Part shown: positions 22,747 to 34,985 of the stretch, piece by piece
Position numbering within the stretch: the stretch's first letter is position 1
How the letters are laid out: every line of letters starts with the position of its first letter
Source: an uncultured Bacilli bacterium
Lineage (GTDB): Bacteria > Bacillota_I > Bacilli_A > RF39 > UBA660
Direction of reading: 5' to 3'
Length of the DNA stretch: 64,000 bases
Assembly (NCBI GenBank): GCA_944368805.1
Contig: CALVXC010000002.1
Coordinates: forward strand, 5,153 to 69,152
Program-made: the position numbers and the translations under genes
Notes under the pieces: model-generated
The model's database searches: none
Told to the model about the DNA's origin: nothing
Seen by the model: only the letters and a program-made list of their open reading frames with translations

Positions 22747-23132
22747 AAGTATTAAGCATTAAAGAACCTTACGCTTCATTAATAAAAGAAAAAGTGAAAT
22801 TAATAGAAACAAGAAGTTGGAAGACTAAATATCGTGGTTGTTTATATATTCATGCTAGTAAAAGTAAGATTTCTAAAGATGAAAAAACGAAACAATTAGT
22901 TAATTTATTGAAAAATAAAAATTTTAATTATGGGTATATCATAGCTAAATGTTATTTGGTTGATTGTATTTTAATGGATGAAGATTTTATTAATAAGATC
23001 AAACAAAATAAAACAGAATATCTTTGCGGTGAATACGCTACTAATAGATATGCTTGGATATTAACGGATATTGAGGTTTTAGATAAACCCATTCCAGCTA
23101 AAGGAAAATTAAATATTTGGAATTATGAATAA
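22743..23132 (+). CDS. ASCH-domain protein
   Basis: Domain size and N-terminal pattern MKVLSIKEPYA...IETRSW. Confidence 0.5.
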   Translation: MKVLSIKEPYASLIKEKVKLIETRSWKTKYRGCLYIHASKSKISKDEKTKQLVNLLKNKNFNYGYIIAKCYLVDCILMDEDFINKIKQNKTEYLCGEYATNRYAWILTDIEVLDKPIPAKGKLNIWNYE

Positions 23133-23148
23133 ATTATAAAATTCAGGT

Positions 23149-23655
23149 TTATATTTTACCTGAGTTTTTGCTTTCTAAATTCCAAACGTTTTCTGAAATG
23201 ATAATAGAATTTTTATCAAGTTCTCTAATTAATTTGACAACATTATGACGTTTTTTTCTTTTTATAACAATCATTAGAATGATTTTATTATCTGTTTTTT
23301 CACCAGTTAAAACAGTAACAATATGACCATTGTTTTTTAAAGTATTTACTATTTTTGAAGCAACTTCTTTAGCTACTACAGTAAATAACATATTATTTCC
23401 TAAAGCAACTTTTTCTTCAATGATGCTTCCTACATACGATCCTATAAATGATCCTAAGGCGAAAAAGATAACTTTGAAAGGGTCTTCCGTTATATTAACA
23501 ATAACAGCCCCTGTTACAAAAATCCAAACTAAAGCAATGATAAAGTTTAAAATCGCGCCTAATAATTTTTTACCATTAGCAACAATAATTAATCTTAAAG
23601 TAGATAGGGTGTTTTCAATAACTTTTGATAAAAAAATTAGAATGTACAATATCAT
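23149..23655 (-). CDS. UPF0316/DUF2179 membrane protein
   Basis: N-terminal TM helices plus a C-terminal DUF2179-like domain. Confidence 0.5.
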   Translation of the reverse strand: MILYILIFLSKVIENTLSTLRLIIVANGKKLLGAILNFIIALVWIFVTGAVIVNITEDPFKVIFFALGSFIGSYVGSIIEEKVALGNNMLFTVVAKEVASKIVNTLKNNGHIVTVLTGEKTDNKIILMIVIKRKKRHNVVKLIRELDKNSIIISENVWNLESKNSGKI

Positions 23656-23731
23656 AGTATCAACCTCTTATTTAGTATGTGAAAAAAAATTAAAAAAATT
23701 AAAAAACTAATGAAGTTTTGTCATTAGTTTT

Positions 23732-24570
23732 TTAATTAATTAATTTCATTAGTTCTTGTTTGGTAATACCAGTAGAAGCAGTAATAATATCAATTGGTAT
23801 TTTATTTTTATATAAGTTAATGGCTGTTTTAGAATAAGCTTCTTTTTTACCTTCGTTATATTTAACTTCTTGTTGATAACGATCATAAAATCTTTCATCA
23901 ATATCATCAAAGATATTTCTAAATTCTTCTTCATTAAAATCTTCAATGTTTTCGTTTACTTTTTTCAAAATATCATTCCTTCCTACAATTTTTTTTCTTT
24001 TTTTACTATCTATGACAATTAATATTAATAAGTATCTTTCTAATGTTGTTAAATCTTTTATATTTTTATTATAACAGTATTTTTCTAAATATTTTAAATT
24101 AATATGATATATTTCTAAATTTCTGTTATCTATTTGATAATTTTGATTTTTCATTTGACTTTTATAAATTAATTTATTGTTTTTAAAATAATCATAATTA
24201 TCAAAATTAATTAAAATCAATTTTTTATCTTTAGTATAGTTTTGTCTTTTTTTATATAAAGAAATACCAACTTTATATAAGTAGTGATAACTTTTATTAA
24301 TAAGACCATGATAAAAGTTTTTATTCATTTCAATAATAATAAAATTTTCATCATACTTTAATAAAATATCAACTCTAGAACTTTTGTGTTTTTTCTTATC
24401 AACAAGAAGTTCACTATTGATAACAGTTAAATTATTTAAATCGTTATAATTTATTTTAGTAATTAAGCTAATTAAAGATTTTAAATAATCAAGATTATTA
24501 TCATTTAATAATACCTTTTTAAATACACTGTCATAGATAGCCGGATAAAATTCTAAAAGACTATAAATTT
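23732..24570 (-). CDS. Rpn-family PD-(D/E)XK nuclease / putative transposase. No canonical start; the frame stays open upstream of the ATG at 24328.
   Basis: RVDILLKYDENFIIIEMNKN (D...E.K nuclease core) and a C-terminal ...ITASTGITKQELMKLIN helix, typical of the Rpn/YhgA-like family. The frame is open from a TAA at ~24577 with only ATT/ATA candidate starts after a strong AAGGGGGTGA Shine-Dalgarno. Confidence 0.5.
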
Positions 24571-24641
24571 TATCACCCCCTTACTTATATCATTCGATAA
24601 AAGTTATTCATTTTCCTACTTATTTTGAAAAAAAATATTTT

Positions 24642-24668
24642 TTGGCACTCATATATTGACAATGCTAA
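24642..24668 (+). promoter_or_regulatory. CIRCE-like HrcA operator 1
   Basis: TTGGCACTC-N9-CAATGCTAA vs consensus TTAGCACTC-N9-GAGTGCTAA. Confidence 0.6.
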
Positions 24669-24684
24669 CATATAATGTTATAAT
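24656..24684 (+). promoter_or_regulatory. SigA promoter of the hrcA operon
   Basis: TTGACA, 17-nt spacer, TATAAT; overlapped by the CIRCE elements. Confidence 0.65.
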
Positions 24685-24688
24685 GGTT

Positions 24689-24715
24689 TTAGCATTCATA
24701 ACTGATGATTGCTAA
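24689..24715 (+). promoter_or_regulatory. CIRCE-like HrcA operator 2
   Basis: TTAGCATTC-N9-GATTGCTAA. Confidence 0.7.
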
Positions 24716-24773
24716 TTATTGTTGTTGGTGTATTGATTGTTAATCATTTCCAATATTCAGATGGAGGTATAAT

Positions 24774-25763
24774 ATGATGAGCGAAAGACAAGAAAAATTG
24801 TTGAAATTGATTATTGAAGATTATATTAAAACGGCTCGTCCAGTTAGTTCGAAAGCTTTATCAGAAATTATGGATTGTTCTAGTGCAACTATTAGAAATG
24901 AAATGAGTTATTTAGAGGAAAATGGTTTAATTGAAAAAATGCATACTTCATCAGGACGAATTCCTAGTGAAAAAGGTTATCGTTATTATGTTGACAATAT
25001 TATGGAACCGAAAGAGATCACCGGTGATGATATGCTTAAACTACAAACCATATTTCGCAATAATTCGTTAATGTTAAATGATACAATTATTAAAAGTATG
25101 GAAATAATTTCCGAACTTACTAATTATACTTCAATTGTTTTAGGAAAAGCATCTAATGAAAATAAAGTTTCTAAAGTAGAAGTTGTTCCGATTGGTGAAA
25201 ATAGTTTAATTGCTATTGTAATTACCGATAAAGGTCATGTTGAACATCGTAATTTAGTTATTAATGGTAATGTATCTTTAAGTGAAATTAAACAAACGGT
25301 TGATTTGATTAATCAATTGATTATTGGAACACCGATTGATGAAGTTAGCCGAAAATTAGAATTTGAAGTAAAACCAATTATACCTAAATTTGTTAAGCAA
25401 CATGAAGTGCTTTATAATGCGTTTTACAATGTATTTAATGATTTTTCACACAATCCCAATGTTAAAATGGCTGGAACTAAAAACATTTTAATGCAACCAG
25501 AGTTTGATGATACTAATAAAATAAGAGAAATAGTTAGTAAATTCGAAGATCAAGATTTGATTAGCAGCATCAAAGAAGAAGAAAGTGGTATAAATATATA
25601 TATAGGCAGTGAAAATGAATTTGATGAAAATGTAACAGTCATTAAAACTAAATATAATATTAATGGAGAAGAAGGAACTATCGCTTTAGTTGGTCCTAAA
25701 CGAATGGATTATGGTCGAGTTATGGCTCTATTGGATTATATTAAAAATAATATAGAAAGGTGA
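24774..25763 (+). CDS. hrcA: Heat-inducible transcription repressor HrcA
   Basis: N-terminal winged helix (LLKLIIEDYIKTARPVSSKALSE); found upstream of grpE-dnaK. Confidence 0.9.
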   Translation: MMSERQEKLLKLIIEDYIKTARPVSSKALSEIMDCSSATIRNEMSYLEENGLIEKMHTSSGRIPSEKGYRYYVDNIMEPKEITGDDMLKLQTIFRNNSLMLNDTIIKSMEIISELTNYTSIVLGKASNENKVSKVEVVPIGENSLIAIVITDKGHVEHRNLVINGNVSLSEIKQTVDLINQLIIGTPIDEVSRKLEFEVKPIIPKFVKQHEVLYNAFYNVFNDFSHNPNVKMAGTKNILMQPEFDDTNKIREIVSKFEDQDLISSIKEEESGINIYIGSENEFDENVTVIKTKYNINGEEGTIALVGPKRMDYGRVMALLDYIKNNIER

Positions 25764-25764
25764 T

Positions 25765-26466
25765 ATGGTGGAAAAGACAAAAGAAGAAAAAGAACTTAAA
25801 AAAGAAATTAAACAAGAGTGCCATTGCAAAGAAGGTGAAAAATGCACTTGTGAAGATGAATGCACTTGCGATGAGAATTGTGAATGTAAACAAAATAGTG
25901 AAAAGCAAGTTGAAAAATGCGAGTGTGACGAAAGTTCATGTAAGTGTGAAACTGATCAAAATCAAAATGGCGAAGATAATTTAAAAAAGAAATCTAAAAA
26001 GGATAAAAGTAGTAAAAAAGTTAAAGAATTAGAAACAACAATTAAAACTTTAGAGCAGAAAATTTTAATGAAAGATGCAGATTTGATTAATTATCGTAAA
26101 CGTAAAGATGAAGAGCTATCTAAAATGTTAAAATATTCTAACGAAGATTTAGTTAAAGAAATTTTGCCAACTTTAGATAATTTCGAACGCGCTATAAATA
26201 TGGATGATGATAATTTAGATGATGAAGTTTCTAAATTTCTATCTGGTTTTAAAATGATTTATTGTCATTTGAAAGATGTTTTAGAAAAATTTGAAGTTAT
26301 TGCTATCGATGGCACTAATAAACCATTTGACCCAACTTATCATCAAGCAGTATTAACTGAAAAAAGAACTGATTTAGAACCAGGTATGGTTATTGAAGTT
26401 ATGCAAAAAGGTTATTTATTAAAAGATAAAGTTATAAGACCAGCGATGGTTAGAGTAAGTGAATAA
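25765..26466 (+). CDS. grpE: Nucleotide exchange factor GrpE with Cys-rich N-terminal extension
   Basis: The C-terminal GrpE domain (...FDPTYHQAV...) is typical. The N-terminus carries about 13 Cys in roughly 50 aa. Confidence 0.85.
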   Translation: MVEKTKEEKELKKEIKQECHCKEGEKCTCEDECTCDENCECKQNSEKQVEKCECDESSCKCETDQNQNGEDNLKKKSKKDKSSKKVKELETTIKTLEQKILMKDADLINYRKRKDEELSKMLKYSNEDLVKEILPTLDNFERAINMDDDNLDDEVSKFLSGFKMIYCHLKDVLEKFEVIAIDGTNKPFDPTYHQAVLTEKRTDLEPGMVIEVMQKGYLLKDKVIRPAMVRVSE

Positions 26467-26478
26467 AAGAAAGGATGA

Positions 26479-28320
<1,842 letters not shown>

Positions 28321-28322
28321 TA

Positions 28323-28350
28323 AAGAAGTTCTAGCTTAACTAGAACTTCC
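28323..28350 (+). terminator. Hairpin, weak terminator after dnaK
   Basis: gaagttctag-ctta-actagaacttc with a weak T tail. Confidence 0.4.
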
Positions 28351-28378
28351 TATTATATATTATTAAAAAGGAGAGAAT

Positions 28379-30178
28379 ATGGGGAAATTATTAAAGCGTA
28401 GTATGATTGATGAAAAAGATAAATGGGACATAGCTAAAATGTTTGAAAATGAAGAACAATTTAATCAATGCTTAACTGAAATCAAACAAGATGTTAACAA
28501 AGTTTTAGCTTTTAAAGGTAAAATTATGCTTAATAGTGATAGTTTATATAATTTTTATCAAGAATATGAACATTTTAATCGTAAACTAGAAAAAGTATGG
28601 GTATATGCTAAAATGCTTTTTGATAGTGAAACTAATAACAATGAATTTGCTGTTAGAAAAATGCGAGTTGAAAAATTATTTGAACAAATAAATGATAAAT
28701 TATCATTTATAACACCAGAAATATTAAGTGTTAATAAACAAAAAGTTATGGATTTTATAAATGAAAATCCTGCTTTAGAACCTTATCGTTTTGATTTGGA
28801 AATGTTATTCAAATATCAAAACCATACTTTAAGTGAAGCTGAAGAGTTAATTATTACTAAAGCTTTAAATGCGATGGGAACAGGGAGTCAGGCTTTTAAT
28901 AGCTTGAATAATACAGATATCGATTTAGGAACAATTACTTTAGATGATGGTAAAACAGTTCAATTAACTAACTCTAATTATTCGGTTTATATGAGTAGTA
29001 AAGATCGAAAAGTTAGAATGGCCGCTTTTAATAATATGTATCATTATTGGAAACAACATATTAATACAGTAGCTAGTACTTTAAAAGGAACAATTAAAGA
29101 ACATTTTTTTATTAGTGATGTTCATAAATTTGAAAGTCCTTTAAAAGAAAGTTTATATGGTGATGATATTGATATTAAAGTTTATCAAAACTTAATAAAA
29201 ACAGTTCATGATAATTTTGATAAAATATATGATTATATGGCTATTAGAAAAAAAATGCTTAATTTAGATGAATTACATATGTATGATATCTATGTTGATT
29301 TAGTTAATGAAAAAGAAATTAAAGTTCCTTTTGAAGAAGGTAAAAAGATTGTATTTGAAGCGTTAAAACCTTTAGGAGAAAAATATTTAAAAGATTTAGA
29401 ACAAGCTTTTAATAATCGTTGGATCGATATATATCCTAATATTGGTAAAAGATCAGGCGCTTATAGTTGGGGATGTTATGATTCATATCCATATTTACTT
29501 TTGAATTATGAAAATGACATTGATAGTGTATCGACGATGATTCATGAGTTAGGTCATTCAATGCATTCATATTATTCAAATAAAACGCAATCATATACGT
29601 ATCATAGTTATCCTATTTTCTTAGCTGAAATTGCTTCGACGGTTAATGAAGCTTTACTTAATCAATATTTATATGATCATGCTCAAACGAAAGAAGAAAA
29701 AATTAATTATTTAACCCAATTTTTAGATTTATTTAGAACGACTATTCATCGTCAAACAATGTTTGCCGAATTTGAAATGATTATGTATAATAAAGAAGAA
29801 CAAGGAGTAGCTTTAACCGAACAAGAATTTTGTGATACATACTATAATTTGAATAAACTATATTTTGGTGATAATGTTGTTAGTGATGATCTAATTCGTT
29901 ATGAATGGGCTAGAATTCCACATTTTTATACACCATTTTATGTTTATAAATATGCTACAGGGTTATCAGCTGCTTTAGCTATAGTTAGTGAAATCTTAAA
30001 TGGAAATACATCTGTTAGAGATAAATATTTAGAATTTTTAGCTAGTGGTGGTAGTGATTATCCTTTAAATATTTTAAAAAAGGTTGGAGTAGATATGACA
30101 ACTTCAAAACCAATTCAAAAAGCTTTTGATATGTTTGAAGAAAAATTAAATTTATTAAAAAAGTTGAGTGAACAATAA
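28379..30178 (+). CDS. pepF: Oligoendopeptidase F (M3B)
   Basis: HELGHSMH zinc motif, M3B length and architecture. Confidence 0.85.
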   Translation: MGKLLKRSMIDEKDKWDIAKMFENEEQFNQCLTEIKQDVNKVLAFKGKIMLNSDSLYNFYQEYEHFNRKLEKVWVYAKMLFDSETNNNEFAVRKMRVEKLFEQINDKLSFITPEILSVNKQKVMDFINENPALEPYRFDLEMLFKYQNHTLSEAEELIITKALNAMGTGSQAFNSLNNTDIDLGTITLDDGKTVQLTNSNYSVYMSSKDRKVRMAAFNNMYHYWKQHINTVASTLKGTIKEHFFISDVHKFESPLKESLYGDDIDIKVYQNLIKTVHDNFDKIYDYMAIRKKMLNLDELHMYDIYVDLVNEKEIKVPFEEGKKIVFEALKPLGEKYLKDLEQAFNNRWIDIYPNIGKRSGAYSWGCYDSYPYLLLNYENDIDSVSTMIHELGHSMHSYYSNKTQSYTYHSYPIFLAEIASTVNEALLNQYLYDHAQTKEEKINYLTQFLDLFRTTIHRQTMFAEFEMIMYNKEEQGVALTEQEFCDTYYNLNKLYFGDNVVSDDLIRYEWARIPHFYTPFYVYKYATGLSAALAIVSEILNGNTSVRDKYLEFLASGGSDYPLNILKKVGVDMTTSKPIQKAFDMFEEKLNLLKKLSEQ

Positions 30179-30200
30179 CAACTAAGGAAGTAGGTGAATT

Positions 30201-31304
30201 ATGAATAAGAAAGATTATTATGAAGTGCTTGGTGTTGATAAAAATGCTAGTGAAGCAGAAATTAAAAGTGCTTTTCGAAAGTTAGCTAAAAAGTATCATC
30301 CTGATGTTTCTAAAGAACCAAATGCTGAAGAAAAATTTAAAGAAGCGCAAGAAGCTTATGCTGTATTAAGTGATCCTAATAAAAAAGCTCAATATGATCA
30401 ATTTGGTCATTCAGCTTTTGAAGGTGCACAAGGAGGGGCAGGATTTGATTTTTCTGATTTTGATTTTTCCGATATTTTTAATGATATTTTTGGAAGTAGT
30501 TTTGGTTTTAATTTTGGAAGTGGTAATCGAAAAACTAATCGTGCGAGAAAAGGTAGTGATTTACTAATAAGAGTAAATTTAACTTTTGATGAAGCAATTA
30601 ATGGTACTAAAAAAATAGTTAATGTTAACACAACTGAAACTTGTAATGAGTGCCACGGTGATGGTGGATTTGGTGAAAAGACTTGTTCTAATTGTCATGG
30701 TAGTGGCCAAGTTACTAGTGAACAGCGTACTATTTTTGGTTCTTTTATGACTAAATCAACTTGTTCTGTTTGTAATGGTCGTGGTAAAACTTATGATCAA
30801 ACTTGTTCCAAATGCCGTGGTAAAGGTACAATTAAACAAAATAAAGATTTAGAAGTGAAAGTTCCAGCTGGTGTTGATACCGGTAATCAATTAAGATTAG
30901 CTGGTAAAGGGGAAGCTGGTATTAATGGTGGACCTAACGGTGATATTTATATTGAATTTTATGTTAAAGAACATCCACTTTTTGTTAGAGATGGTAATGA
31001 TATTTATTTGGAATTGCCACTAACGTTTGCAGAAGCTGCTTTAGGATGTAAAAAAGATGTGCCAACTATTTATGGTAGTGTTAAATTGTCAATTAGTGAA
31101 GGAACAGAAACTGGTGACAAATATCGTTTAAGAGGTAAAGGTGTTAGTGAAATTTCATCTAGTCGTAAAGGTGATATGTATGTTATTGCTAAAGTGATAA
31201 CACCTAAGAAATTAAATCGTCATCAAAAGAAATTATTAGAAGAATTATCAAAAACTGGTTTAAACGATAGTAGTGAATTTAGAAAAGTAGAAAAATATTT
31301 ATAA
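30201..31304 (+). CDS. dnaJ: Chaperone DnaJ
   Basis: J-domain HPD, Gly/Phe region and four CxxCxGxG repeats. Confidence 0.95.
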   Translation: MNKKDYYEVLGVDKNASEAEIKSAFRKLAKKYHPDVSKEPNAEEKFKEAQEAYAVLSDPNKKAQYDQFGHSAFEGAQGGAGFDFSDFDFSDIFNDIFGSSFGFNFGSGNRKTNRARKGSDLLIRVNLTFDEAINGTKKIVNVNTTETCNECHGDGGFGEKTCSNCHGSGQVTSEQRTIFGSFMTKSTCSVCNGRGKTYDQTCSKCRGKGTIKQNKDLEVKVPAGVDTGNQLRLAGKGEAGINGGPNGDIYIEFYVKEHPLFVRDGNDIYLELPLTFAEAALGCKKDVPTIYGSVKLSISEGTETGDKYRLRGKGVSEISSSRKGDMYVIAKVITPKKLNRHQKKLLEELSKTGLNDSSEFRKVEKYL

Positions 31305-31365
31305 GACATTTATTGTCTTTTTTTTTTGTCAATAAAAAAATGTAGATTTTCATCTACATTAATTA
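31305..31365. terminator. Bidirectional terminator region
   Basis: aagacatttattgtcttttttttt on +; atgtagattttcatctacat hairpin for the convergent - strand gene. Confidence 0.55.
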
Positions 31366-32684
31366 TGTCTTAATTTACGGTAAGTTACAAATGCACCACT
31401 AGCAGTTGTTAAACCTAAGATAACATATAATAGAATACTATCAGCTGTATTTGGGTTTTCAATTTGTTCTGTTGGTTCTTCAGAAGTTATAGGGTTATCT
31501 ACAACAATTTCTGTAAGTTTAGCAAATAGTGTAATATCGTCATTAACTTCACTTGCAGTATCAAAAGTGTTTTCAAAGTTTTCATCAGTATACCATCCTT
31601 CGAAAGTATATCCATCTAATTCAAAATTTAATGCTTCTTCTGGTATTATTGAACCAACTGGTATAGTAATTGTTGAAGTAACACCTAAAATATCAATAGT
31701 TACAGTTACATAATTGTTAGCAGTACTATAAACTTTACCATTGGCACTTTCAATTGTTGTATCGCTCATAACTACGATATTTTCATTAGCGCTTACACCT
31801 TCAGTTATATAATTAATAACACTACTATTTGTTGTTGTATCAGTGTTAATTAATTTTGAAGAGTTTATTTCGATATTAACATTTTGACTATCTTCATAAG
31901 CATCACCAAAATGGATTAAGTCTTGCATTTGACTAACAACAAATTTATTAGTAACTGTTGAATTATTAATAGTTAATTGTAAACTATCTTGACCTCCAAT
32001 TACAATTGTTCCATATCCATTTGATGGTCCTGTTGATGTAGCAACCCCAAGTAAAGTTGAACCGTTAACAGTTACAACATTGTTTGCTGCTAAAGAACTT
32101 TGTGGTTTTGGTGAATTTGAAATATCAAGTGCTGCCCAACCAGTAATAGAAGAACTATTAACAGTTACATTGTTTTCTTGACCATGTACCCAAATAGCAT
32201 ATTTTGCTTTAATTTCTGAATTATTAACAGTTAAAGTTGAACCATTCGCGCTTTTTGATAACCAAATACCAGTAAAGTAATCATTATTACCGTAATCGTC
32301 ACCTACAATATTGGCATATTGAATTAAGGCATCACTTATTGTAACATTAGAAGTACCTGTTAATTTTACACCAGCTGTATCAGATCCTTGTTTTTCAATT
32401 GTTAATGATTCTAAACTAACTAATGCATTGTTACTAGCAATATTTATTTGACCATTAATAATTGTGTTTTCTTTAGAAGTACCTTTAATGGTAAGTGCTT
32501 TATCAATTGTAATATCACCAGTATATGTACCATCTTCAAGAACCAAAACATCTCCAGGTGAAGCTTGTGTTACCTTATCAGATAAGCTTTCACCACTACT
32601 AACATTAATAGTAGCTGCACTAACATTAGGAATTATAACAAAAGCGCTAATTACCATTCCTACTGTTATTAAAAATCTTTTCAT
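31359..32684 (-). CDS. Secreted parallel-beta-helix surface protein with Listeria-Bacteroides repeat and C-terminal sorting-signal-like anchor
   Basis: Signal peptide. Repetitive T/N/S/V-rich beta-helix-like repeats. GYTFEGWYTDENFENTFD...LFAKL is a List-Bact repeat. C-terminus is NPNTAD, a hydrophobic stretch, then RKLRHN. Confidence 0.6.
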   Translation of the reverse strand: MKRFLITVGMVISAFVIIPNVSAATINVSSGESLSDKVTQASPGDVLVLEDGTYTGDITIDKALTIKGTSKENTIINGQINIASNNALVSLESLTIEKQGSDTAGVKLTGTSNVTISDALIQYANIVGDDYGNNDYFTGIWLSKSANGSTLTVNNSEIKAKYAIWVHGQENNVTVNSSSITGWAALDISNSPKPQSSLAANNVVTVNGSTLLGVATSTGPSNGYGTIVIGGQDSLQLTINNSTVTNKFVVSQMQDLIHFGDAYEDSQNVNIEINSSKLINTDTTTNSSVINYITEGVSANENIVVMSDTTIESANGKVYSTANNYVTVTIDILGVTSTITIPVGSIIPEEALNFELDGYTFEGWYTDENFENTFDTASEVNDDITLFAKLTEIVVDNPITSEEPTEQIENPNTADSILLYVILGLTTASGAFVTYRKLRHN

Positions 32685-33136
32685 CTTACGCTCCCTTCTT
32701 TCTACTATAATATTATCAAATAATCTAGATTAAGTCAATAAATATACAGACTATTTTTTCTGGTTGACATTTTGCTATTAAAATCCTTATTAAAACAAAT
32801 AAATTTGATTTATATATGATTTTTATATACTTTTTATCATATATTTTTTTAAGTATAAGTAAAATAAAACTGTATAATAACAAAAATATAATTAAAATAA
32901 TTAATAAAATTGAATATCCTGAAGATGTCAAAAAAATGACTAAAAGTGTAAACTATAGTAATAGGTTAATAATTATGTAAAAATAATATAATAATTTGTA
33001 ATAAAAATTTTTAGTTTTTTAAAAATGTTATCATTATAAGTTAAACGTTTTTAAGAAAATTAACATATTAAAGTAGCAAAAACTTTACATGTTGCATAAT
33101 TAATAGTATTATATATAATATAAGTAGGGTGAAGTT

Positions 33137-34003
33137 ATGAACGTAACAAGTAAAGTAATGGTTATAAGTATGATTACTAATTTAGGTTTATCAATTATTA
33201 AAATTGTTTTTGGCTTTTTTGGGAAATCTGGGGCTTTAATAGCTGATGGATTTCATTCTTTAAGTGATTTAATAACTGATGTTTTTGCTATATTCGGCTC
33301 ATGGTTATCACGTAAACCAGCTGATAAAAAACATCCATATGGCCATGGAAAGTTAGAATATATAACCAGTATCGTTATTAGTTTAATGATTCTAGGAGTT
33401 GGTTTAGGACTTATTAATAATGCCTTTCATAGAGAAATTATAATTCCAAGTGTTTTTGTTATTTTAGTAAGTTTGTTTACAATTATAGTTAAATTTATTT
33501 TATCGGGCTATGTTTTAAAAATGGGAAAAAAATATCAAAACAATATATTAATTTCAAGTGGCTATGAAAGTTCAACCGATGTTATTTCGTCTTTAATTGT
33601 TTTTATTTCTGTTATATTAATTCAATTTTCTAATTATATTGAATGGTTTAAATATGCGGATATAATAGCTACTATTATTATTGGTATATTGGTTATTAAA
33701 ATAGGTTTTGATTTATTAAAAGTAAATTTAAGTTTAGTACTAGATGAACAGGTAACAGATGAAGAATATTTAACTAAAATAAAAAATATCATTTTGCAAA
33801 ATAAAGAAATATATAAGATTGATCAGTTAATTATTTTAAAAAATGGTCCATATTACAAATTAATTATTGAATTAGTTATGGATTATCAGAAACCTTTAGA
33901 AGAAGTTCATAATATTTTAGATGATGTTGAAAACGAATTAAAAAGATATGACCCTAAAATAAAATATATTACAATTCACGTTAATCCTAATAAAAACAAT
34001 TAA
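33137..34003 (+). CDS. Cation diffusion facilitator family transporter
   Basis: HSLSDLITD...HPYGHGK motifs, six TM segments and a C-terminal cytoplasmic domain. Confidence 0.75.
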   Translation: MNVTSKVMVISMITNLGLSIIKIVFGFFGKSGALIADGFHSLSDLITDVFAIFGSWLSRKPADKKHPYGHGKLEYITSIVISLMILGVGLGLINNAFHREIIIPSVFVILVSLFTIIVKFILSGYVLKMGKKYQNNILISSGYESSTDVISSLIVFISVILIQFSNYIEWFKYADIIATIIIGILVIKIGFDLLKVNLSLVLDEQVTDEEYLTKIKNIILQNKEIYKIDQLIILKNGPYYKLIIELVMDYQKPLEEVHNILDDVENELKRYDPKIKYITIHVNPNKNN

Positions 34004-34058
34004 TTTTACTTGTCAAAAAATAGTTAATATATTATAATAATATTATACGGAGGTTATT

Positions 34059-34601
34059 ATGGAAGATATTTTATTGGAAGTTGAAATGAAAATGAATGCA
34101 GCCATTACTAATATGGAAAAAAGATTTATTAATGTAAGAGCAGGAAGAGCTAATCCAGCTATTTTAGATAATGTTATGGTTAATTATTATGGTAGTGAAA
34201 CACCTTTAAAACAATTAGCGACTATTTCAATACCTGAAGCTCGTCAATTGTCAATTAAACCTTTCGATAAAGGTGCTTTACATGATATTGAAAAAGGAAT
34301 ATATGAAGCTAATATTGGTTTGACACCAAATAATAATGGAGAAGTTATCATTTTGAATATTCCCGTTTTAACAGAAGAAACACGCAAAGATTATGTTAAA
34401 CAAGTTAAAGGTATAGCTGAAGATTGCAAAATTGCTTTAAGAAATATTCGTCAAGATGGTAATAGTGAAATTAAAAAGTTAGAAATTACTGATGATGATA
34501 AAAAATTTGGTAATGATCAAGTTCAAGATTTAATCAATAAATATAATAAAATAGTTGATGAAAAATTAAAAGAAAAAGAAAATGAACTTATGAGTGTTTA
34601 A
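34059..34601 (+). CDS. frr: Ribosome recycling factor
   Basis: RRF consensus (NVRAGRANPAILD...). Confidence 0.9.
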   Translation: MEDILLEVEMKMNAAITNMEKRFINVRAGRANPAILDNVMVNYYGSETPLKQLATISIPEARQLSIKPFDKGALHDIEKGIYEANIGLTPNNNGEVIILNIPVLTEETRKDYVKQVKGIAEDCKIALRNIRQDGNSEIKKLEITDDDKKFGNDQVQDLINKYNKIVDEKLKEKENELMSV

Positions 34602-34636
34602 AGTGTTACATTAAAGTAATGCTTTTTTAATTAAAA

Positions 34637-34660
34637 AAACCTGAATTAAATCAGGTTTTA
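34637..34660. terminator. Bidirectional terminator (frr / rpmB convergent)
   Basis: aaacctgaattaaatcaggtttt. Confidence 0.65.
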
Positions 34661-34864
34661 TTCAAAACTTATTTCTTCGTTATTTTGTGCTTTAGAACTA
34701 TCTTTGCGCATACTTCTTAATTCTCTCGCGCTTACTCTAACTGTTCTACCATTATCTAAAGTGATTTTTTGTAAGTTAGGTTTTTGAGCATGCTTAGTAG
34801 CATTACAAGCATGTGAACGAAGATTTCCGTGTAAAGGTTTTTTACTTGTCATCTTTTTTGGCAT
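34658..34864 (-). CDS. rpmB: 50S ribosomal protein L28. Start at the internal ATG after AAAGGAGG.
   Basis: MPKKMTSKKPLHGNLRSHACNATKH...PNLQK...RVSARELR matches the L28 consensus. Strong RBS. Confidence 0.8.
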   Translation of the reverse strand: MPKKMTSKKPLHGNLRSHACNATKHAQKPNLQKITLDNGRTVRVSARELRSMRKDSSKAQNNEEISFE

Positions 34865-34985
34865 ATAATTTCCTCCTTTTTTAGTTAACTCATGCTTTAT
34901 AACTTTATCATATATTCTTAAATAAGTCAAATATTTATAGCAAAAATAAGCAAAATATAGTAAAATAATGATAGGTGGTGATAAT

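Noticed and set aside
25760-25984. 74-aa K-rich ORF overlapping the grpE 5' end
   Set aside because: Alternate frame of the grpE Cys/Glu/Lys-rich region.
30370-30631. Two overlapping small ORFs (+ and -) inside dnaJ
   Set aside because: Frame artefacts of the Gly/Phe-rich region of dnaJ.
32725-32931. 68-aa hydrophobic - strand ORF upstream of the beta-helix gene
   Set aside because: No RBS. I/L/K-rich translation typical of AT-rich promoter DNA. Not excluded as a small membrane peptide, but unsupported.
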